A DNA stretch of 64,000 nucleotides from Rhina ancylostomus (lineage: Eukaryota), in the NCBI GenBank assembly GCA_030265395.1, contig JARFYF010000054.1, positions 23,858,797 to 23,922,796 of the forward strand, in the 5' to 3' direction. The position numbers were made by a program, and so were the translations under genes. The notes under the pieces were generated by a model. The model did no database searches, was not told the origin of the DNA, and saw only the letters and a list, made by a program, of their open reading frames with translations. Positions 38,349 to 52,383 of this stretch are shown here, piece after piece (positions within the stretch are counted from its first letter, which is position 1; every line of letters begins with the position of its first letter).

Positions 38349-40894
38349 CTGTGGAAATAAAGAAATCAAAGTAACAAATGTTACAAGTTAAGTCCCTTAC
38401 TACATGTATGCATTTAAAAAAATAAACATGAATAAAGCAAATATGGGCCAAATTGACTCAGTCTTGCCAGTGGTTCCGCTGGCATTCACCTGTTTAAATG
38501 GCCTAGGTACGTCACATCTAGTGTAGGATCTGAGACCCCACTGATTTCAATGGGGATTTTATATCTATGAATTAAGAGTCAAAGATAAGTTATTATTTTA
38601 CATTTGCTATGTGACTAAGTGGTTTATATTTTAATTTTTAAAATTGAAAAAATATATTTTTGTTTTAAATCAGTATTTAAATCCCTCTGAATGTCAGAAA
38701 TATTTAAAGTCACTTGTAGGTCTCACTTCTGGCAAATCCCCAGCCCCTGCTTTGGTACTCTAGGGAGCAGGGCCTTTACAATTGCCACCTGAGGCTCAGT
38801 GTCTGCCCAGACCATGTTGCTTGACATCTAGGTTGCAGAAGGCCAGTGAGAAAACCCCTATATGTCCTGATAAGGTATGTGCAGATATGGGCAGACCAAT
38901 GGCAACGATTTTAGAAGCAGAATGGTCCAGCATGATCAGACCCAAATACATGAAGGAGGTAGAAAGATATAATGTTATTGTATGGTGCAAGAGCTGGTGG
39001 ATGAATCTTCAATGCAGGCACTGTTTTGACAAATAAAGTACGAGAAGGTTAGGGCTGGACCTTTGCATGGGAATGATGTCACTAGATGTGGTAAACAAAT
39101 CATTGTCCTCAACGGAAGACTGAAAGGAAGTTAGGTTATGTTCTTCTGAGGTGCAGTTTTTACTGGAAACTCTTAACAAAGATTTATTAGCACTGCTTAA
39201 ATCACAGCAGCAGAATTTAAACAGGATCTCCTTGAGCAGTTCTGGTCTACTGCTGTGATCTGACTCAGGTAGGTTCTGTTCAACTTAATGACGAGCACCA
39301 CCCACTCGCTTCCACTCCTAGCTGTAACAACCCCCACCACCACCCAAAATCTCAACACCTTGACAAATGCCCCCACCAGAACATAATTCTCTGATCTGAA
39401 GCCTCAATTCTCTGAAATGCCTCTCTCCAGGTCCCAATCCACATCTCTATCACCTGTTCAGGCTGATCTGAACCCTGATAGTCAGTTTCTGCTCCCTTTC
39501 AATTCTTCGAATCATACTCATTAGCTGCTATTTTTCTTCACATGATCTGCCAGGTGCAGCACACAAAGGAAAGTGTCCAATGACTTAGGCCCGAAGTGCT
39601 AATGGGTTTAGCCTCAGCCAGTAAGCCAGGGAAGTTGTGGCATTGGACTGGGTGTGAAGATCATGATTTCAGCCTTTCCATTATTTAATTGAAGATATCT
39701 ACTCATCCATTACTAGTCACTTAAGATATATAGTGCTTAATAGATAACAGGTTATTTAGAATATCATGGATCAGACATATCAAACATATTGAAAGAAAAG
39801 ACATTGTGCAATAGTGGGAGAGTCTACTGTCTGAGGCTGAACCTGTTTGTTGCAATATTAGCAATCTATCTGACACTCAACCGCACTTTTGTTTATAAGC
39901 TTGCATTACCAAGACCTCTAATATAACCACTCTCATTCCCTGTCTGTCCATCTGATGCAGAAACCATTGTCTGCAGTTATATTATCTCCAAATTTGACAA
40001 TTACTCACCTCTCATGTCTGAACTCTCTTCTCCTATGTCCATAAAATTGAAATTAAACTCTGCTGTCCTTTTCCTGGCTTGCAAAATTTCCTGCTCCTTT
40101 ATCACTTCTACACACATTCACCTCTATCATTACTTGATTCACACACAATATTTTGAAACTCTCATCAGTGTTTTAATATCCCCCCAGCTCTAACCATCTC
40201 CTGCAGCTCCAAAAACTCGAGCTCCAAATTCTGTTTTGATCCCATTCTGGCCCCATCTACACCTTCAGTTTCCTTCTCCTGTCCAATGGTGCCCCTGCCT
40301 TCTGCAGCTTAGGCCCAAAGCATTGAAATTCTCTTCTACACTTCTCCAGCTCCCTTGCCTCTCAGATGCTTATCAATGTCTTTATATGTGGTTCCGTGTC
40401 TCATGACCCTCCTGAGGTCTTGTAATTTCTACTAAATCTTTCTAACTGTCAATAAAATCAGAATAATGAATTCATAAACATAACATTAAATTTTGCTCAA
40501 TTATAGTGACTAAAATCCATGATACAATAACTGATCAAAGTATTTGTGGTTTTAAATGTTTTCTCCTTCATGATTATCAAAATTTTGGATCCAACATTCA
40601 AGAATCGATATATGCAAGTACTCTTGATTCCAATTATCATTCACCATGCCAAACTTTGTTGATTCTAAAATAAAGTACCTAGAATAAATGGAGATGCATC
40701 TTGAGGTTCAATACAGCCCATAACCAGCGATATCTTTCTCTGTGCCTGTGGCAAGCAGCTTATCATTGACTGCACTTTCTTAAATGCATTCTCAACACTT
40801 TTTTTAACAAAATAAAGTATTTTTGTTGAGCAATTTTCATACAAGCTACAAGACAAAAGTATATCCCTAAATTTTGTTTGCTTTTGTCAGCTAC

Positions 40895-40947
40895 CTTGGT
40901 CCATCTGCAGAGCTTCACACCTGAGTGACTTCCTATCAGGCGGTATC
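40895..40947 (-). CDS. TYW1: TYW1 internal exon (53 nt)
   Basis: ccag|GATAC...ACCAAG|gtag; translates (G)YRLIGSHSGVKLCRWTK. Phase 1 to 0 fits both neighbouring exons. Confidence 0.96.
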
Positions 40948-43900
40948 CTGGAAAATAAAATTATTCACTCCATCACTTTTCAATAACTGGCTCCAATAAA
41001 CTGGTCATGGGTCCAAACTACTGACAGTTTTATCATTCTTTATTTCAAGAAATTATTTGTACAATTTCCCCCTCCCACATCACCATCATGAACAAAGAAT
41101 TCCAGTTGTATTAATATATGGAAGTGTATTAAAAACAGTAAAATAACTGGTGTCACTGTTAGCATGCTTTGTATTCTCTTACAATACATTTCTATACAAG
41201 CGATCAATACTGTTTAATAAAAGCATTGGAAGTGAAGCATAAACTTCAGTTGCTGTACTCAGTATTAACTTAGAAAGACCATTAAAATAATTCCAGTTGA
41301 GTAATTCACAAATCTTTGAAAAATATACATTTTTGCATGGGCAAATAAGGTACATTTAACACTTACATACCGAGGGATAATTCTACTACCATCTTGTCAT
41401 GTTAATGGTTTCCAAACAGACTCTCAACAAAAGTTTTGTGTTTAATAGTTCCACCTAGGAAATAATTACCTTCAGTGCCAATAATTGTCTGTTTCACAGT
41501 TTCGATCCCATTTGCATCTCGAATGAACCCATTTCTTCAATTAGCCACTTGATGCCAGAGTACTGCAAGAACGGCTTTGTTGCATTTGGGTATTACAACT
41601 TGCCTCATTTTCAGCTGCCTTTTAAACCCCTTGAGTGGCTGTTTTTAACAAAAAGATCCGAGCAAAAACGTCACACTTCCTAACACTAATTCCTGGTGCA
41701 AGAACATAACATTAGGAAAAAGAGCATGAGTGGACCANNNNNNNNNNNNNNNNNNNNNNNNNNNNNNNNNNNNNNNNNNNNNNNNNNNNNNNNNACCTCA
41801 GTTCGACATTCCTCCAACTCCCATGATTTCTTTAGTCCAGTAAAATATACCTAAGTCTTGTGTCTATCCATTGAGCATTCATTGCACTTTAGGTAAAAAG
41901 TTCCAGATTCAAATTGTCTGAGTAAAGAAACTTCTCCATCTCAGTCCTAAAAATTCCATTCTTTATTCTCAGACTAAACATTCTTCATTTCAAGAAATGT
42001 TCCAGATTCCTCAACCAAGGACAACATTCCACTGGCATATGCCCTTTCTAGCTCCAAGATTGTTAAGTGTTTTAGTAAGATCAGCTCTCATTTTTATAAA
42101 ATTTAATACAGAATACAGCTTAGAGTATTCCAAATCTACATCTCTACTCATTTGACAATTCTCCACCATCTCTAGTCCCAGCTGTCAGTTTCACCACAGA
42201 GCCATTCTCACAAGTATACTTTTTCTTGAATATGGAGAACAAAACTGTATAAACCACTCCAGCAAGACTTCAGTTACTCTCATAATCTAATCCTTCTGCA
42301 AAAAAAGGCTACCATACAATTTGTTTTCTTAATTGCTCACTGTACAAACTCATCATCGAGCTTCAAGACCTGGACCTCTGCAACTCCCTCTGCAACTGGA
42401 TACTCTACTTCCTCATCGGCAGACCTCAGTGAGGATTGGTACAACATCCCCTCCTCACTGTTCAGCAACACAGATGCACCCTTTCTTTTGTACCACTCCT
42501 GAACCAACCCATCATTGGACAGTTCCTTTGTTTCGCTTCTGAAAATTCCATCAAGATCACTTGCCTTATCAGACTGTAATCTAATTATTTCTTATGCTGT
42601 TCCTGAGTTCATCATGCACTACATTAACTCGGTCAAATTCTTCAACATCTCCAATTTACAACAGGTTTGTCAAATCACTTAAAATCTCCCGCTATATTAT
42701 TAATTTTGATCAGAGGAGCTGTATAAACTCAATTATTTTTGTTCCTTCGCATCATGTTTCATGCCAAAAAGCTATTTTGTCAGAAAGCTTGTATTGTACA
42801 AAGACACTTGGACAGGTACATTCATAGGAAAGGTTTAGGGTGATATGGGCCAAATTGGACTAGTCTAGATGGGCATCTTGGTCAGCAATGCCAAGTTGGA
42901 CCATTACTTCAATTAAAGGGGTTTACTACAAAATCTATGAGAAACAGCATATTTAATTCACCTATTACCCAACAGATTGCTTATACAAATGAGTGGGGTC
43001 AACCTAAGCAACACTATGTGCACTAAAATTAGGAATAGTTACAGTTCTCTCAATTGAGCACAAGAATAATGTCGTCACATAATTCTGATTAATGCATCCA
43101 AATACATAAAAGGTAAAACCTGCTTAAGATAGCTATAAGAGCATGATACTAATGCCATATAATACTAAAACATGCCAATAAGTGGTTAGCAATGGCAGCT
43201 ACTTATTAAGAAGAACCTGCTTTTAAAGGATAATTGAGTTAAATCTGAAAGCAGCTTGGTTGTCAACAATCCCAAACCAAGACTGTATAAATCCATGCTG
43301 TGTCTCAATTACAGTCAGTGGAGGCATATACAATATGTAACAGTCACTGTGAAAATTAAGAATCACTACAACCGGTTACAAGGCAATTTTTCAACATGAA
43401 TAGTGCACATTCAGAAAATCTGAGATAATGCTAGTGTTTCCCTCCAGAAATATTAGAAATTAACAATTCAACTGCAAGTGATTTTTCTTACAAATAAGAC
43501 AGTAAAACTCCTGAACATACTAAATCTTAAAAGGTTAGGCGGAAATCCTAAAGAATAAACACAGCCTTACTGTACTGAAATGGTTATGAAACGGTACTCA
43601 AAACTATAAAAATGTCACTATATGAGCTGGAAGGGAAAACCAGATAGGCAACGTTTGTCCTGTATAACTTCCTCCACCATCAGCTCCAACTTGACAAAAG
43701 AACACTATAAGAATTATCTTGATCAAGATCTAAATCTTATAGCTGGTATTCAACTACCAATGCATCATTTGTGACCAACATAGCCACTTCACAAAACCAC
43801 TCTGAAAGGGATTAGTCTCTAGGTCACAAAGCTCATGTATTTTTTTTAAATTTAATATCCAAGGAATAAAATCAGACAGTTACAAAAAAAAACGATCCTT

Positions 43901-44289
43901 TCACAATCTTTGAATATATGAATATAAACAATATTAACGTGTTTATAAATGGTGTTAGGGAGCAGAGTGACAGAGGTACAGCTGATAACAAATAAGCCCA
44001 GCCTTCAACCTATTTCTTTTGTATCCACATTGATATCAGAGTTCCCAGTCTTTTATTGGCAGTACAAGCATAATTGCCAATTGAAATCACCAATACATAA
44101 CTGTGTCAACAAAGACCGCATTAATTAGAATGGCACCTGCACAATGATTATGCAGGCAAAAGCCAAGAGGCATAGTGATCCTTGAAACTAATATGATATG
44201 TTCACACAGATGACAGCCACTTGACACAATAAGTTCTCAAAACTAACTCCAGAATTCTAGTGTAGTGCATTCAATGTTCACAATGTAGT

Positions 44290-44880
44290 CTCCTCTTCAC
44301 TGGAGAAACAAAATGCAGATTGGGTAATCGCTTTGCGGAACACCTGCAGGAGTAACTTTGAGCTTCTGGTCATCTACCACTTTATTTACCATCTCACTCC
44401 TGCTCAGACCTGCCTGTCTATGGCCTCCTATACTGTTATATAATGAGGCCCAATGCAAGCTTGAAGAACAATACCTCATCTTCCATCTGGGCATGATGTG
44501 GCCTTCCAGACTCAATATTAAATTCTCTAACTTCAATCAGCTCACTTTTTGTTCTGTCTGTATCAGAACTGGCCGCTTCCATCTGCCATGATGTTGGCTG
44601 ATTTTCTGATTCTAATTGTGTTGTCTGCCCTGCTGGGGTGTAAATGGTGAGAATGGCAGTTACCCCAGTCTCACCATTTACACCACTTTACAGAGACAAA
44701 AAAAAACAGTATGCTTCCCCCATTAACCCATTTGCAATCAACCTATCAGAGGTATTCCCTTTGTTCTAAAACATCCTTCTGTCCTGCTGATGAAGGGTCC
44801 TGGACCGGAAATGTAAACTGTTTCTCCTTCCACAGATGTTGCCTGACCTGCTGAGTGTTTCTAATTTTTGCTGTTTTTGT
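44290..44880 (+). mobile_element. Penelope-like element: GIY-YIG endonuclease C-terminus plus terminal repeat
   Basis: TGETKCRLGNRFAEHL at about 44300-44345 and EAQCKLEEQYLIFHLGMMWPSRLNIKFSNF (ORF 44358..44591), followed by a hammerhead core at 44787-44811. Confidence 0.85.
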
Positions 44881-44917
44881 CATAGAATTCATACAAACTG
44901 TGAATGGTCATATGGAA

Positions 44918-44966
44918 GTGTGTGTGTGTGTGTGTTTTTTATTTATATTTTATATATATATATATA
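44918..44966. repeat. Compound (GT)9 / (TA)n microsatellite
   Basis: Read directly from the sequence. Confidence 0.9.
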
Positions 44967-47900
44967 AAAAAAAGTGTTCAGCATTGAGACAGACAGCAAA
45001 TGTGACTTCACCTTGAGGCATTCTGTGATAATTGGCCAGAGGTACACAGAACATTGTTGGCTATGTTGAGACAGATGAGACAAAGGGCTGAGCTAACAAC
45101 AATACCCATTTACAATCTGAGGCACAACTGATGAAGTAAGGTAAGGAACAATGGATAAAGGGAATGTTACTGGATGTGAAATGTACCAAGAACAGCCATT
45201 GATAGGAAACAGACAAGGTACAAAGGGACCAAGCAATAACAGCACAAAAGGCATCTTGATACCATTGTGACATGGACATAAAGAGGGGCCTTGGACCAGG
45301 GGAGGTTCCTTATAGCTACCTAATCATATTTGCTAATGCTACTGCTTATGGTCACCTCTGATGACCTGTCACACCTTAGTAAATCCAAAGTGCAGAAAAA
45401 AAATGTATTCCCCTCTCACCTCCTCCCTGCATGCATACCTGTATTCAGATCTAACAAATGTTTGTTGCATGTATGTGCTGGTCTGAATAGTTCTTCATCT
45501 GCAACAATTAGCTCAGGAATGGTATATTTGCATTGATTTAAAAATACCCAACTGGCAAAGAAAAGATGAATGGAAATTTGCAACTGGTGAACCCAACAAA
45601 GCCTAATTTGAAATTAAATTTTAAGTGTCTGTCACCAAGATGTATACAATTAAACCAAAGTCATTTGAATTTTGATACTGTGCTTTAAACATCTTTAGGA
45701 GTTCTTACTCCATAACGATACACACAAGCAACAGAGCTGATTCCTTTGGCATTATGCAGTTACAAGTGATTAAGTGATAAGCGTGCAGCTTCCTTCACTG
45801 AGACAAAGTAGCTGCCTTTTATAAAACGGCCAGGTGGTGGGAAAGTTTCCTTAAAGTTTTGTGCATACAAGAGGGATGGGGCATATAAAAGACAAACAGC
45901 CAGGAATCAAGTAAAACGCTCTTCAGCTTGTTGAACATGCTGCACAGGCAAAAGTTGTTTTGCGTAGCATAGGAAAGAGTGAAGTGTACATTACAACACA
46001 TTCTTTCCTTTTATAGACCTGGTTTGTATTTTCAGTTGATTTTCCTTACATGGGTAAATTCAATGCCAAGCTTGACATATTTTTTTTATATATTTGTGTT
46101 GCAAATTCTGCTTTTATTTGCACACTGTACTTGGAAGAGACTCCACATCAATAGCTTGTCAGCATCTGGTTGTACACTTGTGATTGATGGTTTTTCAATG
46201 GGTTGTATTTTTAGCAAATGCTTCTTTTTCTAAAGACATATATGATCTTTTTCTTTATATAGTTAGAAGTTTTCGATTAGAACTTCAAAACCAATTATCA
46301 TGGTTCATTTAATTGGCAGATTTTAATCAACAATTGGGCTAATTGGCATGCTTTGCACACCAGACATTTCCCATATCCTATGGATAACTGACTGAGACAA
46401 AACTTTTAATTAGACAGACAAATGAGGAAATTTATTTTTGTAAACGGAAGAAAATCAGGGGCAAGCAGCAAGTGAGCTTAGTGCTGGATTAATTATCCTT
46501 GCACACTTCATATCAGTGGATTTTGACAGATGGTATTAACAAGAAGAGGTGGAGGATGAAGAAACAATAAACAAAAGTGTCAAGACAAGGAAGGGAAAAA
46601 CCAACACTCAGGCATGATGTTGAAAAGATATCTGATGTTATAGGAAGCAATAGCAACATTGGAAAGCACAACACCAGAAAAGATCCTGCAGTCCATTGGC
46701 CCAGTTTCAAAGTACTCTTCATCACCCAATTTTCTAATAGCTCCTTCAATGTTTCTACCATCGACAAACTGCCTCCATTGCTTCCTGGAAGTCCATTCCA
46801 CAGACTCACTATAAGCTACATAAAGTAGTTAAATCTAAAATATTCTTTTACCTTAAGTTTAAAATACACAGTTTAATGGTAGATATCTGAACTCCAATAC
46901 TGAGAAGCTCATGCTGGACCGTGACATTTTTCATGGAAGGTTAGAAAAGTAAACAATTACCTTAATCAAAATAATAAACCAATTCCCTCTATATAAATGA
47001 AAATTCCCTCTATTTCTTCTTTAAACAGCAATGTACAGGAGGTATATTCTCAGGAGTAGTTGACCAGCTGAGTCTATGCATCCCAGTACAAGACACACAG
47101 CACTGAGCCAAATATTTAGTCAGCTTCCCTCTGAATACGTTAAACATCAGAATCACAAAAGGTATTCCGGATCTCAAATCATGCATAAAGCTTGCTCATC
47201 TTAAAGCTGTTCAAAACAGTTTAAATCTTTACTCAGTTACACAGCCTATGTATGATTCAGCCTTTTAAAACTCCCCATCATATATCCCTAACCTTTTCTG
47301 CAATGAAAATATCTTTAATCCTATTCTGATTAACAAACTGTTCAAGGACCAATGCACATAGATTTAAAGTAAAAAGCAAAAGGTACACTCATTTCAGGGC
47401 TACGGGGAGGAATGGGAGAATGGTACTTAATAGATACTTAACTGAGAACTGGCTCCGACATGATTGCCATAAAGGCCTCCTTTGATCCCATTGTAATTCT
47501 ATGATTCCATATGTGACTCGGCAAGACACTGCCTGGAGATCATTACCTTTTGCTATATTTTTTAAAAAATTCTCAGAAGTCAATTTTCTTCTAAGGTAAC
47601 ATCATCCTTTTCCAATATAGTCTCACTAATATTTTATCAACATTAGAACAGCATTTTGCTTTAGACTCAAATGCCCTTGAAATGAAACCAAGTATTCATG
47701 CAACTTTGTTGATAACAGCTTCACACTGACTGGAAACATTTAATGAAGGATGAATAATCACACAGCAAGAGATTAATGAACCTTAACAACTTTTCAGAAG
47801 ATGGAGCTTAATGATATTAATGGCAAAAATACAAAGGAAATAAAAATCAATCACTGCAAAATGCAGAAGAAAATACTGTACATTCTAAAGGATTGATTGC

Positions 47901-49151
47901 AAGCTTCGAAAGCAATGCATTATAAAACAACATTAAACAGCTGTTAGCCATTTGAGTTTTTAGTTCACAAACATGCAAAATGTTCCAGAAAAAGCAAAAA
48001 AATCTCTGCAGCAATGATAAGTTCCAGGTGTGCTTTCAATCATGCAAACAACTATCATAACTCATTTGCTCTCGTATCAATCTCAGCTCATTTTAATTCA
48101 TAGTCATAAGAGAGATAAACAGCGCAAAAATACTGCAAAGCCTGGCCGATGTGAAATTGACAATTTTTACCATAATTAACAAGGTTGAGAGGTCAGTGCA
48201 TGTACCTTCACTGCGAATTTATACTTTTGATGAATTTTTGTCATCATGAGGGATGTCAGTGCCAGGAAATGGAATGCATTAATCACTGTCAGATAAAGTA
48301 TGCAGCTTGATGCTAAATGCTTTATTTTATTGTGCCATAATCTAAGCAATCTAATATGATTCCTTCTAGATGAGAATTTCTAAATAATTTAAAATCATTA
48401 AGGAAAGGGAAATTAGTAATTTATTGAATAGCTGGATAAAATATCTTTATGTAAATATCATTATATAGAACAATATATCAGGTAACATGGCTTTGGCCCC
48501 TTTCATCAAATGGCTTGTCAAAAAGGTGCAATTGTACACCATTATATTCATCTCATGCTGCAACTGTTATCTGTAGAAAGACTTTGCATAATAGAACCAC
48601 CCAGTAACGACATAAAACCATTCTCATCTGACTTCCCGGGGGTGTGTAGAGGGACCTTTTAACATGTTCTGGGTTGGTGACAGTTATGCGGAAAAAAGCC
48701 TCAGGGTCTTCCAACCACATTGTTGGGATTTTACACATTGCAATTGGTACACTGCAGTTTTCATGTGCAGTTTCAATTTAACTGCATGGTTATTGAGCTT
48801 TTAGCCATGAACTGGCAAGATGATTTTTTTTTATTGGGGGCAATAAGAAAATCAAAAGAACCAAAATTATTCTATAAGCAAGGAATTGAAAGAAAAAGAA
48901 AACAATCATACTTTATAACTTGTATTGTTTTCTCAGCAGACCACTTTTACTGCTTTTCTTCTTTATTATGTACAAAATGAAGATTTTACAAAAATGTATA
49001 TCAGCAAAGTAATGTTCTGCATTTCAGTTTCTCGCTTTATAATTTTGAATTTACTTCAATGAATTTTCCTCAGAATTTTTCTAAGAAATTTTCTAGTAAA
49101 AGAAGAAAAGAAACCGAACATTTTCAGCGTTTAACAGCAAAAAATCTTAGT

Positions 49152-49325
49152 TGACGGTCCCTCAGGATTGAGGATGATTTGCTTGCATTCTGATTTTGTG
49201 GGTTCTGAGGTGGCTGATGTGGGAACCATAGACCCACAGGTGGGGCAGGAGGTGCCTGATAGGGTGGGCAAGTGGGTAGTTTGAGGTGGTGTGATCCTTC
49301 CATCGCTTATGCGGCACTTCTCAAT
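49152..49325 (-). mobile_element. RTE-clade 3' end fragment
   Basis: Reverse complement of the end seen at 32450-32610 ('gtccctcaggattgaggatgatttgcttg'). Confidence 0.7.
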
Positions 49326-51529
49326 GAGGATCTCAGTACCATCTCCTTATTGCTACCATCAGGCAGGAGGTATAGGGGCCTGAAAACCTACAATGAAATG
49401 CATCCTCTTACCCTTTTTTTTAAACTTTTCCTGAACATTTCAAAGCCTTGAATTTCTTGCAGATGTTCAGACACAGTCTTGCATTATTAACCAACATTTA
49501 ACTTATTTTCTTTGTCGATATTTGGAGTTAGCACCACATTAAATAGAAACTATCCTTAGCCAAATTACACCTCCTCATGTAAACTAGTCATGGTGCAATA
49601 TTTTTATTTGATTTCCTGACCAGCTCCACTACAGTTATTTGCTGGAAATAATCACTGTCAATTAGCTTTGATTAGAACACTTTTCTTGCTTCACCTCAGA
49701 CAGTAACTATAGAATCTAACATTATCCACTGTCTAACTTTATTATTCTAAACAGAAGTCCTGCCAGTTGTCCACCAAGGTCCATTATTGACAATCTCATG
49801 GTCTTATTCCTCACAGCTGTAACAGTTAAAGTATTCATTACAGAACATAGGAGTTTCCATTGTAGGAATATTTACAAACTGAACGCCAAGAATATAAGCT
49901 ACGTGGCCTCAACCTTGTTACTTCTCCTTTACCGCTTTTCCTTTCCATAATGTCTCATTGATGCTTTGTTATTTGCAACTTCACTTCCTTTGTCACACTT
50001 ACCGGGATGGATTTTGCTGTGGCCTACCAGTTGTTACCCCTTACAAACTTTTCTTAATTGAAAATAGGCAAATGATTATAAACACCCAGCTTTGACTGGC
50101 CTCTCTTCAAACAATAGGTGCCTACACTACCTTGCTGAGCTCTCCACGGAGCTCAACATCCCAAATCACTGTACCTGTCGAATGTGTAGCAAAAATACAA
50201 CCACTAACTGTGATCATAATGTGTTAATATGCTGCTAACTCTCCTTTTAGTATTTACTATGATTAAGTTGATGTGTTTTCGTAACACCTCCATCACAAGA
50301 ACCTGTGACCACATCATACATTAAGTTGCTTAAGGAAGGTTGGTGCTAAAGCAGAAGAGAAAACCTGGGCTATGAACTAGACTCAAAGCTTTTGGAGGGT
50401 AGTGCAGATGAAGATGGGAAGGGAAAGAATAGTATTTCAGATAGGAAGATTCCAGCAGATGGATGTGTTACCAACAGCGAAGTGAAGGAGGATACATAAA
50501 ATAGTCCATAGTCAGGGAAAGATTGTTAGGAAGTGAGGGGAAGAATCTAAAGGGCAGGAAGAGATTGCAGCTATGGAACAGATAAAGGAATACAAGGAGA
50601 AAGAGTGTTTAAAATTCAAAGCGTTAGGGAATGGCAGCCAAAGTGCATCAGGAAGAATGGAATTAATGGGTCAGTAGTACATGCAACAGAACATTCTTGC
50701 AGTTTGGACTTTTATTTTTTCCCTTCAGTTCCTACTAACAATCTTGCTGCAATCATCATAAACGAAAGATGACAACTTTGACTTTTCTGGACAGACACTT
50801 ATAGCATATCAGCTGATAGATATCAAGAAATTTTGTTTAAATAATTAAATCAGAAACCTGATAATAAAGGAGAGATCCAAAAAAAAGTTTGAAGAACTAA
50901 AGGAGATTGACAATGCAATACCTTTACAGTCTAGCACACCAGAATTATACACCACATGTTGAAAATACAATTGCTGGAATTACTATTAATCAGTGTATAA
51001 AAAAGAGCTAATCTGAAATAATGCTGCTTGGAAATTCAAGGTAATACTTCATCATCATTCTTCCAAGCTGTTGTTTATTATTGATCAACTTGGTGACTTT
51101 GTCCTTCAAGGACAAGACACCTTAATAAAAATGTAACAAAACTACAAAAAGTTTTTCATCAAATACTCTACTGAGATGGCAGGTGTAAAGCAGCACAATA
51201 AATAAGCTGTCCACTGGTTAAGAAGGGAATGTTTGTTGGTGTGATAGTACAGCAATTGTTATTTAATGATAGACTTATGACAAATCTATTTTTGAATAAT
51301 AAAGCTCAATCTATTTTCTACTCCTCAATTTAACCATTCCTCCTGAAGTCATCTTCTGAAAATTTCCCCTATGTCCTTAGATACTGAGTGCAGGCAAAGT
51401 GTTTGAATATTAAAACTGTTACAGCTAACCTAAAACTGTCTTCATTTCCCATCTGCACACTGAGAATTACTTGAAAGCAGAAAAATCTATCAATTTTATT
51501 CTCTTTTCCATTTAGGAAAGGCAGAAAGT

Positions 51530-52142
51530 GTTTTGCAGAACCAAATGCAAACAAGATGACGATTTCACAGAACACCTGCGCTCTGTCCGTGACTGTGATC
51601 TACATGTCCCTGTTGCCCGTCACTTCAACTCCCCCTCCCACACTATCACAGATATGTTAGTCCTCAGTGTCCTCCACTGCCAGGAGAATTCCAAGCACAA
51701 ACCGGAGGAACAGCACCTCATTTTCAGTCATGGAACCTTGCAGCCCAACGGCATGAACATTGAATTCTCCCACTTTAAGTAATCCCCATCCCCCCCCCCC
51801 CATCATGCTTCTCCTCTTTCCTAGCCTCTTTTTTTCTACCTTTTTTTCCCTTTCTCTCCTTACCNNNNNNNNNNNNNNNNNNNNNNNNNNNNNNNNNNNN
51901 NNNNNNNNNNNNNNNNNNNNNNNNNNNNNNNNNNNNNNNNNNNNNNNNNNNNNNNNNNNNNNNNNNNNNNNNNNNNNNNNNNNNNNNNNNNNNNNNNNNN
52001 NNNNNNNNNNNNNNNNNNNNNNNNNNNNCTCCCATTTTCCTTTGACTCAAGAAGGGTCCTGACCTGAAACATTGACTGCCTGCTTTTCTCCATGGATGCT
52101 GTCTGCCCTGCTGAGTTCCTCCAGCATCATCGTGTTTTTCAT
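51530..52142 (+). mobile_element. Penelope-like element: GIY-YIG C-terminus plus terminal repeat (spans an N gap)
   Basis: ORF 51528..51782 reads FTEHLRSVR..PVARHFNSPSH..EEQHLIFSHGTLQPNGMNIEFSHF. The terminus is 'gaagggtcctgacctgaaacattgactg..gctgagttcctccagca'. Confidence 0.88.
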
Positions 52143-52383
52143 TCAGGAAGTGTTTGGCTCCTGGTATTCCAGATATTTTCCAACAATAATTACATCATGT
52201 ATTTACAGTGTGAGCTGTTGGGAAGCCATATTTTATGACATTTTAAATTGACATATATATCTTGTTCCTTTTTTCCAATAGAAATAAAGTTGATTTGCAT
52301 ATTACAAGGTAAGAAAATTTGTCCATTGTCGTGTGCACCAAAGTCAGGAAAACCTGCAGTGGATGCAGATGTAAAAATTTGTA

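Noticed and set aside
48553-48738. ORF starting CKIPTMWLEDPEAFF, reminiscent of a Gypsy gag N-terminus (KLP.FW..DPE.WF)
   Set aside because: The similarity ends after about 12 residues, with no LTR, pol or further gag signal. It is probably chance; BLASTx would settle it.
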